Numbered from the stretch's first letter, positions 21,828 through 31,912 are shown. The stretch is DNA of 64,000 nucleotides from Acidobacteriota bacterium (GCA_036507075.1 DASXQR010000152.1:64001-128000), one strand, 5' to 3'. Notes: a model not told the origin generated them from the letters alone. Made by a program: numbers and translations.

Positions 21828-23453
21828 TTACTGCGGTAAACCCAACCGCGCCAGGATGGAAGCGAAACGCGCGTCGGAGTGAAGGCTGTCGAAAAGCGGA
21901 TTCACCTTCAGGTACAGCAACCAATAATTGATGGGTTTGTCGCACGCCGTGTTGAGCCAGCGAAACGCCGCGTCAGTTTCGCCGAGCAGCGTGTGGCTCT
22001 CGGCTAGTTCGTACGCCTTTTCCTCTTCACGGAAATTCCAGAATCGCACGAGCTTGATCTGCTCTCGCCATAGAGCCGACGGCTTTGATGTATAGTAAGC
22101 CGCCCGGAGTCTGGAGATATCAGCGGTGGGGTAATACCGCCACAATTCAATAAGCGCGACGTATTCATCAAACGCTTCGTCGTATCGACCCGACACCACA
22201 TACGCGAGGTACAGCAGCATGTGCGCGTCGAAGAAGTTCGGGTCCTGTACCAGGATACTTCGACAGTCCTGAATGCAGCGCTCATAATCACGTTTGAAGT
22301 AAGCCGTTCGCGCCAGATCCGCGCGAATGCTCAGCGAAGACGGATCGAGATCGCGGGCGAGCCGAAGTTCCTGCTCGCATTTTTTCAGATCGCCCTGGAT
22401 TGCGAAATACTGAGCGTAGTACTGCCATACTTTCGGGTCATTTGGGGAAAGCGCGGCGGCGATTTTCAACTCGCGCTCGGCTTCCGACCAGTTGTGATCG
22501 CGAAACATTCGAATGAATCCAAGCGTACTGTGCGGACCGGCCAGCGAGGGATCAAGCGAAAGCGCCTTACTGGCAACTGCGTCGACTTTCTTGAGGCTCA
22601 GGAGATCTCCGGCATATCCTTCCGCCAGACCCACATAGGCTTGCGCAAAATTGGGATCCCTTTCAATTGCGCGCTGAAATGCAGCGATGCCTTTGAACAG
22701 CCCGTTATGACTCTTTTCGCGCAAAGCCTGTTGGCCTTCGAGATAAAAACGGTAGGCCTCCGCTGAATTTGTGCCCTTCGGCCGGGGGGCCGCAGGCGAC
22801 GGTCTCGGTCCGGCGCTCGCATCAATTTCCGAAGTAGAACGCTGTAGTCGCCAGATATAGGCGATCGAGGCGGCTGCAATCAAGATCATCGCTGTCGTCG
22901 CCCGGGACCACCTATTCAACGGATATGTCAAGCGGCGCACCCACGACTGGGTCGCATGAGGTTCAGGCGCCGCCAAGCCAAGCCCATCGGCCGGGTCTAA
23001 TACACTGGCTGATGGAATTTGCAGCCCCACCAGATGTTCTGCGGCCTTGCTTCCGCTCGCGCCGGCGTTGCTCTCGACCGTCAGATTTGCAGTGCCATCT
23101 GCGACGGTTTGCACAACACCGACAAACCGATAACCCCGTTTTGGAACATTTTCGATATGGCAATCGCTTGCATAGAGTGCGAGAACGCGGCGAAGACCTG
23201 AGATGTTCTTTGCCAGGTTGCCCTCCTCAACGAACGTGTCGGGCCAAATCCGGTCAAGAAGGTCCTTCTTGCTGACAATCCGTCCACGCTGCTCCAGCAG
23301 CAAGACGAGAATCTCAAAGGCCTTGGGAGGCAACGAGACAATCTCCCCCGAATGAAATAACGCCGCCTGGCCGCCGTCCAGCAAGAGCGATCCGAACTGG
23401 TATGATTTATGGTCGTCGCCTGTAACAGCCAGGTCCAACAGCATCATTGACAA
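21828..23453 (-). CDS. CadC/OmpR-type winged-helix, TM and TPR-repeat regulator
   Basis: LPPKAFEIL, IWPDTFVEEGNL, VPKRGYRF, a TM, then TPR repeats. Confidence 0.88.
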   Translation of the reverse strand: MSMMLLDLAVTGDDHKSYQFGSLLLDGGQAALFHSGEIVSLPPKAFEILVLLLEQRGRIVSKKDLLDRIWPDTFVEEGNLAKNISGLRRVLALYASDCHIENVPKRGYRFVGVVQTVADGTANLTVESNAGASGSKAAEHLVGLQIPSASVLDPADGLGLAAPEPHATQSWVRRLTYPLNRWSRATTAMILIAAASIAYIWRLQRSTSEIDASAGPRPSPAAPRPKGTNSAEAYRFYLEGQQALREKSHNGLFKGIAAFQRAIERDPNFAQAYVGLAEGYAGDLLSLKKVDAVASKALSLDPSLAGPHSTLGFIRMFRDHNWSEAERELKIAAALSPNDPKVWQYYAQYFAIQGDLKKCEQELRLARDLDPSSLSIRADLARTAYFKRDYERCIQDCRSILVQDPNFFDAHMLLYLAYVVSGRYDEAFDEYVALIELWRYYPTADISRLRAAYYTSKPSALWREQIKLVRFWNFREEEKAYELAESHTLLGETDAAFRWLNTACDKPINYWLLYLKVNPLFDSLHSDARFASILARLGLPQ

Positions 23454-23663
23454 CCCCGCTAAATGACCGATTCGAAGAGATATTTCGATAGTTGCTGGCT
23501 CCAGATTCTATTCCACCGCACCAGAAATTTCAAAGACAAGGGCGAAAACCTTGAACCAGCACGGCGCTGCCCGCTGGTAAGAAAAAAGTAAGACTTCGGT
23601 AAAGACTCTCTCCCTGTTTGTCGTCAATCTGAACTCCACTCAGCCGTTCAAAGGGGGGCACTG

Positions 23664-26093
23664 ATGGCACTGGCGTCGCGTCTTAGATTTCTGGCTGTTT
23701 TCTCCTGTCTTGCTCTGCTTTTAATCATTGTCAACCCCTCCTCGTCCAGCAAGCGACAGACGGAGGCGTCCCGAAGGCCTGGTTCGTTGAAACCAGAACC
23801 CCATAGGTTGCAACCGGAGCCGAACCGAGACACATCACCCATCAAAACCTTAAAGGGGGGCAAGATGCGGCGTGACCGCCAGGATCAGCGGCTGCGTCGT
23901 CTGAGAGGACGCGATACCGATTCCCTTCACCCCTCTGCGCCCTCGGCGGTAAAAGGAATCCGGCGCGGGGCTGCCGTTATTATGGAAGGCCTCCCGGTCT
24001 CGTTTGAAAAGAACGAAGACCAGGCCGAGCCGAGTGCACTCTATGTGGGAAGAATCGGAAGTCAGTCGGTCTTCGTCGAGACCGATCGAGTGAGGCTGAA
24101 GATCTACACGGTGAACTCACCACAAAGACACAAAGGACACAAAGGCGTTCGTGATCTTGGCGCCTTTGTGGTGAATGAAACCTCAGAAGTAGTACTCCGC
24201 TTCCTGAATTCGAATCCCGACGCCAAACTGACCGCCGAAGACCCGCTTCCCGGCAAAAGCAATTACCTGTTCGGCAACGACCCATCCCATTGGAAAACCA
24301 ACGTCCCGCAATACGCCAGGATCCGCTACAAGCAGATCTATCCGGGAATCGACCTGGTCTTCTACGGCCACAACCAGCAACTCGAATACGATTTGGTCGT
24401 TTCACCCGGAGCGGACCCGAATGTAGTGAAGATGGAGTTCGTCGAAAATAGCGCGGGGGAGCGGGAGAGCGGGAGAGCGGGAGAACTGAGATCGAAAATT
24501 GGAAATCGCAAATCGAAACTCCAGATCAGCGACGAGGGTGACTTGATCCTGGCCACGCCGGCCGGCGAAATTCGCCAACTGAAGCCGAAGATTTACCAGG
24601 AAGTGAATGGCTTCAAGTTCCCGGTGCCGGGAAGATACGTTTTATCCACCACAGAGATACAAAGAGCAATCGGCAATCCGCAATCGGCAATCCGCAATTC
24701 ACTCGACATTCGACACTCGTCACTTGTCACTTTCCAGATCGACTCCTATGACCGAACCAAGCCGCTGGTGATTGATCCCAAGGTGGTCACCCCGATTGAC
24801 ATACCGGGCAGTGGCAACCAACAGATCCAGGGGATTGCCGCCGACGCTCAGGGGAACTGGTATTTGACCGGTTCGACCGATTCAACCAACTTTGCCACGC
24901 GCAATCCAGTCCAATCGACCCGTGCCGGCGATTTTGATGCGTTTGTGATGAAGCTCAGCCCGGATGGGAAAACGATCCTTTATTCGACCTACCTGGGTGG
25001 TACCAAGCCGGATACCGGATACGGGGTTGCCGTCGATTCTGCCGGTAGCGCTTACGTTGTCGGCATGACCGATTCTACCGATTTCCCCACGCGCAATCCC
25101 ATTCAGTCGGCATATGCCGGACCCGCGAATCCATTTACTTTTGCGGGCGACAGTTTCGTTGCCAAGCTGAGTCCAGAAGGCTCGTCGCTGGTTTACTCCA
25201 CATATCTGGGAGGCTCGCAGGATGAAACCCGCCCCGGTATTGCGGTCGATTCATCCGGAAATGTGTATGTCGCAGGCGGTACCAGCTCGACGAATTTTCC
25301 CACCCGCAATGCGCTGCAAAGCACGATGACGCCCGCCGGCGCGACGGGGACTTTCTTTCAAGCAGGATTTATTTCGAAACTGAACGCCAGCGGCTCAGCT
25401 TTGGTGTATTCGACTTTCTTGGGTGGGGGGACAAGAATCAATGGAATGGCCATTGATTCGACAGGCAATGTCTACGTGATGGGCAATGCCGGCACGATCC
25501 CTTCGCCCAGCGGATTTCAGCGTACGCCCGGCGGAGGCGGTGATGCGTTCGTTGTAAAAGTGAACAGCGCAGGTTCTGCCGTGGTGTATTCGACTTATCT
25601 TGGCGGCAGCGGATTGGAACAGGGTTGGGCCATTGCGGTTGACGCCTCAGGAAACGCCCATGTGACTGGTTCGACACAGTCGACCAATTTCCCCACGGTC
25701 AATCCATTTCAGCCCAGCAACGGAGGCAACGGTGATACTTTTGTTACTAAACTGAACCCCGCCGGCACGGCGCTCGTTTATTCTTCCTATCTTGGCGGCT
25801 CGCAAGCTGACGACGGCAAAGGGATCGCCCTCGACACCACCGGCCGTGCGACGGTCGCGGGCACAACGCGATCAACAAATTTCCCGGTCAAAGACGCAAC
25901 TCAAACGACGCTGGGCGGAGGGAGCGACATCTTTGTAATTCGACTTTCCACAGCCGGCTCTTTAGAGTTTTCGACTTACATAGGCCGCACAGCCAACGAA
26001 TATACCAACGCTGTCGCGGTTGGATCGACGAGTGCCAAAAAAACGGGTGGGGATGGAATACGATACGTCGATGAACCTGCCAGTCCAACCTGA
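23664..26093 (+). CDS. Secreted SBBP beta-propeller repeat protein; N-terminal part of an interrupted gene
   Basis: Signal peptide, YPGIDLVFYG, LVIDP, repeated LVYSTYLGG / IAVDSSGNAYV / STNFPT. Confidence 0.88.
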   Translation: MALASRLRFLAVFSCLALLLIIVNPSSSSKRQTEASRRPGSLKPEPHRLQPEPNRDTSPIKTLKGGKMRRDRQDQRLRRLRGRDTDSLHPSAPSAVKGIRRGAAVIMEGLPVSFEKNEDQAEPSALYVGRIGSQSVFVETDRVRLKIYTVNSPQRHKGHKGVRDLGAFVVNETSEVVLRFLNSNPDAKLTAEDPLPGKSNYLFGNDPSHWKTNVPQYARIRYKQIYPGIDLVFYGHNQQLEYDLVVSPGADPNVVKMEFVENSAGERESGRAGELRSKIGNRKSKLQISDEGDLILATPAGEIRQLKPKIYQEVNGFKFPVPGRYVLSTTEIQRAIGNPQSAIRNSLDIRHSSLVTFQIDSYDRTKPLVIDPKVVTPIDIPGSGNQQIQGIAADAQGNWYLTGSTDSTNFATRNPVQSTRAGDFDAFVMKLSPDGKTILYSTYLGGTKPDTGYGVAVDSAGSAYVVGMTDSTDFPTRNPIQSAYAGPANPFTFAGDSFVAKLSPEGSSLVYSTYLGGSQDETRPGIAVDSSGNVYVAGGTSSTNFPTRNALQSTMTPAGATGTFFQAGFISKLNASGSALVYSTFLGGGTRINGMAIDSTGNVYVMGNAGTIPSPSGFQRTPGGGGDAFVVKVNSAGSAVVYSTYLGGSGLEQGWAIAVDASGNAHVTGSTQSTNFPTVNPFQPSNGGNGDTFVTKLNPAGTALVYSSYLGGSQADDGKGIALDTTGRATVAGTTRSTNFPVKDATQTTLGGGSDIFVIRLSTAGSLEFSTYIGRTANEYTNAVAVGSTSAKKTGGDGIRYVDEPASPT

Positions 26094-26141
26094 ATAGGCG
26101 GTGGCCGCTTCGGAGGTCCGGAGCCAGGAACTAATGACGAA

Positions 26142-28946
26142 ATGGACTGTATATTCGAAATTACATTCCCGCCGCCGACTGAAATCTTCGAAGTCGACAA
26201 CTGTATCAAGATCCTGAAGAAGGATGGTCATCTCATCGATGGACACGCGTCGCGACATGCGAGCGATGCAGCCGGCCGTGGCTATAAGGTAGTGCCGGAG
26301 AGGAGCATCTTCACCAAGATCAACGAAGCGTTTGAGTTCACTGCGAAAACAGAGGACCTAACCGGTCACAAGCTGGACTTTGAACCGGGTGACAGCGTTC
26401 TACTTAATCCGCTGCCGTGCCAGTATAAAGAAAACGTTGTTTTTCCCGCTGCTAATTCGGGCGGAGCTCTCCGAGATAATGCTCTCATCGGTTCAGGGAT
26501 GGAGAACACAATCATCGAAGACGAAGGGCAGCCGCTCATTGTACTGAATCCTTCGGCCAGGCTCGAGGCCTTTACGATGGGTGCAAGTGCGCCGGAGTTG
26601 GGGATTCGATTCTTCGGTCAGGGTGGGGATCAGGCGCTTATGTCTAAGGTCAGAATATCGCAGGCTGGCCTGGGCATTAGAGACCGAAAGGATATAGTGA
26701 TCTCTGATTCACGATTCATCAATTCACAAGCGGGCGCGATTGGTATCGACGGTGCGGCGTCGTCATCCATCGTAATAGATAACGTATCGATTGACGGCGG
26801 CCGTGGAATTTATGTAAAGGACGTCCAGCCGGCCAGCGGCACTGGTCTGGTGATCAACAAAGTCACGCTGCAAACCCCAGCGGAGGTCGGGAAAATTACA
26901 AACTCACGCGTCAACATCACGGATCTAAACGCCAACTTATATGTGGAAGGTTTGACCATCGAGCAGAGTACCGGTGGAATATCAAAAAGCAACTTTGTAA
27001 AGGCTCAGAATTTTGCTGACTCCGTTGGGCTGAGTTTGCTTAACAACGGTAGTTTCACAGTCGGACCTGGTGTCGCCTTCATAGGCGAACCAAGAATACC
27101 TGTATCCGGTGAGGGCATATACTTCACAAACGGCGCAGCCTTGGTGATTGCCGGAAATTCCATAAGTCAATATCTTTTGGGTATCGATGGATTCGTCAGT
27201 CAAAACGCCGAGTTAGCCAAGAAAGTACTTCTGGAGAGAAATGCAATAAAGGGCAACAGTATCGGCGTACGAATAGCCGTAAGCGGCTTTCAGCCGGCGG
27301 GCTCGACAAAGAGCCGCGAATTTGGCTTCCCCAACGTCGCAGGCGCCGGTTCTCCACTTGTGCTCCAGAATAATTCCATCTTCGGTAACTTACAGTTCGG
27401 TGTCCGCATCGAAAATCGGAATACGGACCTGGGAGGTGGCTCATTCGGGAGTACAGGAGGTAACATCCTCTCGGCCAACGGTCAACTGGATCTGACTAAC
27501 GAATCTGGCGGTCGCATCTCGGCCAAGAACAACGTCTGGTCCAGTGCTGATCCGAATGAGATTCTAAGCAGGTATGTCACTCCTGGTGCAGGGATCGACG
27601 TCGCTCCAGTCATGCCTGTACAGTCGAAGTACTTTGCTCAATTCGTCGAGTTGTCCGGCTTTACATCCAAGGCAACCCTGACCAATTCGTCGCGTACCAA
27701 TGGCGCTGCGGCATTACTTGCTTTTCGGAATTCTGCCGGTGTAGCGCAGAATGTACCACTTAACGGCAGCGACAGCGTTAACGGGCTGCAGCCCGGGGCT
27801 GTCGCCGCGCTTGGAGCAGCTTCGTTTGCAACTAGCGCGGCAACGACGGCTGTCAATGTCGGCTCGCTCACTGTCGCCTCTGGCCGTCCGCTTGCCGGGA
27901 CTGTACTGTTTTCCGGCCCTTCGGGTGTTGCCGGAGTAGGCGCGTCTGAATTGCTTACTCAGTTCATCGCTCCTGTGGAAAGAAACACTGCCAAGTCCGT
28001 GAACTCCGGCGTCGCAATCACCAATCCGAATACGACGACGGCGGTTGGTGTCCAACTGCGGCTGCGCGAGAATTCTACTGGCCAGATTCGGCAGGCGACG
28101 CTGCAGCTTGCGGCCGGCGGTCAGGCGGCTAAATTTATCGATGAGTTGTTTTTAGGATTGCCCAACGACTTCGTCGGCACATTAATCGCCGCTGCGCCGA
28201 CACAGATTGCCGCAACCATCATTCGCACCAGTCCTGGCCAATTTGCCACATTGCCGGTGACCGGCGCCGGAGTGAAGAAGCTTCTCTTCGCACAGTTCGG
28301 CGAGGTGACGGGTGTCAGCTCGACACTCACCTTTGTGAATCCTTCCACGGACAAAACGGCCAACGTGACGGTGAAACTCTATGACGACAACGGCGCCCCG
28401 CTCACTGTAAATCTGGGCGGTCAGGATCGGGCCGGGCAGTTTAACTTTAATGTGTCGCCGCAGAGTTCCGTCAGCTTCAGTTCTCCGGGAACGAGTGCTG
28501 CGGCCAAAGTTGGGTCCGTAGTTGTCGATTCGACTGAAAACATCGGGGGCACGATTCTGTTTGGCGGTGCATTTGGATTGGCAGGAGTGGGCGCAAGCCA
28601 GGCACTTTCAAACTTTATTGCGCCGGTTGAGCAAAGCGCCACAGGCAACGTGACCATCGGCGTGGCGCTGATGAACCTCGGCACGGCCGAAGTTACGGTT
28701 CGTCTGACGCTGCGCGATGAATCCGGTACGCCGCTCAGCAACGGCACCGTCGATGTAAAGCTGAAAGGTCTGGGCCACGATGCCAAATTTATCGCCCAGC
28801 ATTTCTCTAACCTGGATCTGAAAGATTTCCGGGGGACGATCACCGGAGAAGTCATAGGCCAGGGCCAGATCGGCGCCACGGTGATCCGACAGTCAGGCGC
28901 GCCGCTGGAATTCGCGACGCTGCCGGTAGCGGAGATTATCCCTTAA
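26142..28946 (+). CDS. Beta-helix plus repeated beta-sandwich surface protein ('gene A'); same frame as the upstream SBBP ORF
   Basis: Beta-helix-like region then two YFAQF / GVAIxN repeats; no signal peptide; only one TGA separates it from 23664..26093. Confidence 0.8.
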   Translation: MDCIFEITFPPPTEIFEVDNCIKILKKDGHLIDGHASRHASDAAGRGYKVVPERSIFTKINEAFEFTAKTEDLTGHKLDFEPGDSVLLNPLPCQYKENVVFPAANSGGALRDNALIGSGMENTIIEDEGQPLIVLNPSARLEAFTMGASAPELGIRFFGQGGDQALMSKVRISQAGLGIRDRKDIVISDSRFINSQAGAIGIDGAASSSIVIDNVSIDGGRGIYVKDVQPASGTGLVINKVTLQTPAEVGKITNSRVNITDLNANLYVEGLTIEQSTGGISKSNFVKAQNFADSVGLSLLNNGSFTVGPGVAFIGEPRIPVSGEGIYFTNGAALVIAGNSISQYLLGIDGFVSQNAELAKKVLLERNAIKGNSIGVRIAVSGFQPAGSTKSREFGFPNVAGAGSPLVLQNNSIFGNLQFGVRIENRNTDLGGGSFGSTGGNILSANGQLDLTNESGGRISAKNNVWSSADPNEILSRYVTPGAGIDVAPVMPVQSKYFAQFVELSGFTSKATLTNSSRTNGAAALLAFRNSAGVAQNVPLNGSDSVNGLQPGAVAALGAASFATSAATTAVNVGSLTVASGRPLAGTVLFSGPSGVAGVGASELLTQFIAPVERNTAKSVNSGVAITNPNTTTAVGVQLRLRENSTGQIRQATLQLAAGGQAAKFIDELFLGLPNDFVGTLIAAAPTQIAATIIRTSPGQFATLPVTGAGVKKLLFAQFGEVTGVSSTLTFVNPSTDKTANVTVKLYDDNGAPLTVNLGGQDRAGQFNFNVSPQSSVSFSSPGTSAAAKVGSVVVDSTENIGGTILFGGAFGLAGVGASQALSNFIAPVEQSATGNVTIGVALMNLGTAEVTVRLTLRDESGTPLSNGTVDVKLKGLGHDAKFIAQHFSNLDLKDFRGTITGEVIGQGQIGATVIRQSGAPLEFATLPVAEIIP

Positions 28947-29189
28947 CCAGTGCATCTGAGTCCAAGCCTCCTGAGCGTGGCCTGCTGTTCCAAAACCAAT
29001 TCACGGAGCGGCCTGCCCGTTAATTTGCAAATATTCGTGATGCGCGGCGAAACCTCCGCGAGCGATGGGGGAATGGCAGGTTTGCAGTTCTTGTTCCAGA
29101 AGATCGAAGGCCAGGCTCCGTTGTTGTCGCACCACGCGTGGCATTAGGTTTATACTCATGCGCGCGGTTTTTCGGGGCCGTTGGTTGAT

Positions 29190-29510
29190 CTTGATACACC
29201 GCCCGCCGATCGAATCCAGTGACATTACAGTCACCGCGACTTCCTTGCGCGCCCTTCAGGTCTATGCGCCGAAATCACAGCGGGCCGACTATGTGAAGCC
29301 GCGGGAATGCCGGTTACCGATCAAGTCTATCGACGCGGGATCCGCTTTCTTCTGAACACCCAGCTCGAAGACGGGTCCTGGTATGTCCGTTCCCGTTCCA
29401 TGCCTTTCCAGCCCTTTTTTGAAAGCGGATTCCCCCACGGACATGACCAGTGGATTTCCGCAGCCGCCAGCAACTGGGCCACCATGGCGCTGGCGCCGGC
29501 AGCGCGATAA
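29190..29510 (+). pseudogene. 3' remnant of a prenyltransferase/squalene-oxidase-repeat protein
   Basis: HRPPIESSDITVTATSLRAL, then a frame change to RGIRFLLNTQLEDGSWYVRSR...ESGFPHGHDQWIS; no start. Confidence 0.7.
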
Positions 29511-29612
29511 GCCTTGAGGCTGCCGGGCCAATGTGCGGGCATTCAAGGCCATCGTTCCACCTCCTTGCCAGAGTGATTGCAGCTTCATCTGATATCGTTA
29601 TATGATGACGGT

Positions 29613-29843
29613 ATGCGGACCATCATTGACCTCCCGGAAGACCAGATTGAGGCGCTCGACGAGTGGTGCCGGCGAAAGAAGATCTCTCGCGCCGAGGCGA
29701 TTCGCCAGGCGGTTGCCCAGCTTTTACCGCGCCACAAGTCGAGCTGGCGAAATCATCCTGCCGTGGGCTTGTGGAAGGGACAAAAAAGGCGGGCCGATTC
29801 GGTCGAATACGTCCGCCGCGTTCGGAAAGAGTGGCAGCGGTGA
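29613..29843 (+). CDS. CopG/RHH antitoxin (VapB-like)
   Basis: MRTIIDLPEDQ...ISRAEAIRQAV; GTGA overlap with the PIN gene. Confidence 0.88.
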   Translation: MRTIIDLPEDQIEALDEWCRRKKISRAEAIRQAVAQLLPRHKSSWRNHPAVGLWKGQKRRADSVEYVRRVRKEWQR

Positions 29844-30205
29844 AAGCGCTGTTCGATTCGAACATTGTAATTGACGCGCTCAAGGCCATTCCGCTCGCTT
29901 TTGAGGAACTCGAGCGGTACGAGGAATGTCTGATCAGCCGCATCACATGGATCGAAATTCTTGCCGGAGCGGAGTCAATGCTCGAAGAGCAGGCATTTCG
30001 GGATTATCTGAAAAAATTCAGCATCCGCGAATTGGATGGACCGGTCAGCGAACGCGTCATCAGCCTGCGTCGGAAATACAAATTGAAGATCCCCGACGCG
30101 ATTATCTGGGCAACAGCCGAGCACGAAGGCTGTATCCTGGTCACGCGCAACACGAAAGATTATCCCAAAGACCTTCCGGGGATCCGGTTCCCGTATAGGC
30201 TATAA
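29840..30205 (+). CDS. vapC: PIN-domain VapC toxin
   Basis: LFDSNIVID, ITWIEIL, KIPDAIIWATA, LVTRNTKDY. Confidence 0.92.
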   Translation: MKALFDSNIVIDALKAIPLAFEELERYEECLISRITWIEILAGAESMLEEQAFRDYLKKFSIRELDGPVSERVISLRRKYKLKIPDAIIWATAEHEGCILVTRNTKDYPKDLPGIRFPYRL

Positions 30206-30249
30206 CGCCGGGAAAAGAAAATGTTGCGGACTTTGGCGCATAACCGCGG

Positions 30250-30340
30250 TTAGTGCCGCGCAGACTGCATTTCGATGACTCGAATCCGGTGCTTGAGGTG
30301 GTGGATCTGGCGCCGGACCTCGTGCAGCTTTGTGTGGTCG
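30250..30340 (-). pseudogene. Recoded duplicate of the last 29 codons plus stop of gene 32090..32422
   Basis: Encodes DHTKLHEVRRQIHHLKHRIRVIEMQSARH*; 12 differences in 91 nt by manual alignment, 10 of them synonymous. Confidence 0.92.
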
Positions 30341-30575
30341 GGTAAATGGGGGACAGTCCCCTTTGGGTGGTAAATGGGGGACAGTCCCCTTTTTTCAGTC
30401 AATGGGGGACAGTCCCCTTTGGGTGGTAAATGGGGGACAGTCCCCTTTTTTCAGTCAAATGGGGACAGTCCCCTTTTTTCGGTCCCTTTTTTCGAGGGTC
30501 GATTTGAAACTCTGGTAAATGTAATACGGTTCTGTCCCCACATCCCCAATAGGTGTCTGTCCCCACATCCCCACG
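30341..30575. repeat. Five tandem AATGGGG(G)ACAGTCCCCTTT palindromes plus two CTGTCCCCACATCCCC copies
   Basis: Read directly. Confidence 0.92.
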
Positions 30576-30584
30576 TCGATCCGC

Positions 30585-31010
30585 GTAGTCGACTCCACGG
30601 AAAACATCGGCGGGACGATATTGTTCGGCGGTAGTTTCGGACTGGCTGGAGCGGGAGCAAGCCAGGCGCTCTCAAATTTCATTGCACCGGTCGAGCAGAG
30701 CACCACCGGTAATGTGACGATCGGGGTGGCGCTGATGAACCTCGGCACGGCTGAAGTGACCGTCCGGCTGACACTGCGCGATGAATCGGGCACACCGCTG
30801 ACCAACGGCACCGTCGATGTGAAGCTGAAAGGCCTTGGCCACGACGCCAAATTCATCGCCCAGCATTTCCCGAATCTGGATCTGAAGGATTTTCGCGGCA
30901 CAATAACCGGAGAAGTGGTAGGCCAGGGCCAGATTGGCGCCACCGTGATAAGGCAGTCTGGCGCGCCCCTTGAGTTTGCGACCTTGCCGGTGGCAGAGAT
31001 TATTCCATAA
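30585..31010 (+). pseudogene. Recoded duplicate of the last 142 codons (28521..28946) of gene A
   Basis: Colinear, no indels; 6 amino-acid changes and about 60 synonymous codon changes by manual count. Confidence 0.95.
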
Positions 31011-31118
31011 GAATAACTCACCACAGAGGCACAGCCCGGCAAAGCCGCAACCACACGCGTCATCATCATTGTGCCTTTTGCACGCGAAGCAACGTTTCCT
31101 TCCGGCTTTTGTTCCGCT

Positions 31119-31649
31119 TCATTTCTTTTCCGGTCCGATGACGTCTTCGACGGATCGCCGGAAGGAAGCAGGGCTGATAGATGGATAGCGGTATAGTTGC
31201 GGCTCGATTTGCGAAAAGAACCGCCATGTTTCATCCGGCTCGATTAAGCCGCGCCGGATCATCTCGCGCACGTCGGCCAGATCCTGATCGTGACTGCGTT
31301 CAATTTTTGCAAGAGCCTGGGAATACAGGTCGTAGTGATAAAAGGAAATCTTCCCTTCACGGGCGATGAAGACACTCCGGTCTTGCCATCCAGGAAGCTC
31401 CGGAATGAAGTCGGCGGGCCAGGCCAGCTCCACGTTGATTTGCAGCGTCTCCTTCAATTTGGGAATCGCTCGCAGCAACAAGTCATGTTCCGGGATAAAG
31501 CGTACGTCGACGTCGATAGTCGCCTGGCGCCATCCAAGCAGAACAGCAGTTGCACCTCCGGTCAGATAGAAACGGGTTTCCTGCTGCGTTTCAAGTGCGA
31601 TGGCACGCAGGAAACGCCAGATCCGGTCTGCATCCGCTATCTGGCGCAT
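31119..31649 (-). CDS. Nucleotidyltransferase-like protein (DUF6036-like)
   Basis: YLTGGATAVL...RQATIDVD (GG...DxD), LAKIERSHDQDLAD. Confidence 0.78.
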   Translation of the reverse strand: MRQIADADRIWRFLRAIALETQQETRFYLTGGATAVLLGWRQATIDVDVRFIPEHDLLLRAIPKLKETLQINVELAWPADFIPELPGWQDRSVFIAREGKISFYHYDLYSQALAKIERSHDQDLADVREMIRRGLIEPDETWRFFSQIEPQLYRYPSISPASFRRSVEDVIGPEKK

Positions 31650-31912
31650 TCCGCTGCACGTTCGAAGCTTACCAGGCGGCGAATCAGGGCATTGTAACGG
31701 GAGTGTGCGCCATCGGGATCGGATTCGGCAAGCTTGCGATACAGCCGTTGCTCCGGCAAGGAAATGGTCGAATTCGGCAGCGAGAAACCGAGCCTTCTAA
31801 GCCTGGGCGCGCCGATAGAGACGAGCAGCGCAGGAATGGTTTCAACGCCCCTGTACAGGTCCTCGATGCCAGCCTGCACCAGTTCATTCCCCGGAAGCTG
31901 GTCTGTCCGCAT
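31637..31912 (-). CDS. Small hypothetical protein coupled to the nucleotidyltransferase gene
   Basis: 91 aa, overlaps the downstream start; AHSRYNALIRRLVSFERA helix. Confidence 0.72.
   Translation of the reverse strand: MRTDQLPGNELVQAGIEDLYRGVETIPALLVSIGAPRLRRLGFSLPNSTISLPEQRLYRKLAESDPDGAHSRYNALIRRLVSFERAAECAR

Noticed and set aside
28960..29145. Possible ISAs1-like transposase C-terminal remnant on the minus strand (RSLAFDLL...FAAH)
   Set aside because: Resemblance is too short and weak to support without a search.
29663..29839. Extended VapC N-terminus given in the ORF track
   Set aside because: Overlaps the antitoxin; the PIN domain starts at GTG 29840 with a typical GTGA coupling.
30341..30480. 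Possible CRISPR array
   Set aside because: Linkers are about 8 bp and repeat in alternation; there are no unique spacers and no cas genes.
30585..31010. Possible diversity-generating retroelement template/variable repeat pair with 28521-28946
   Set aside because: Differences are at third codon positions and involve all bases rather than adenines; no reverse transcriptase in the window.
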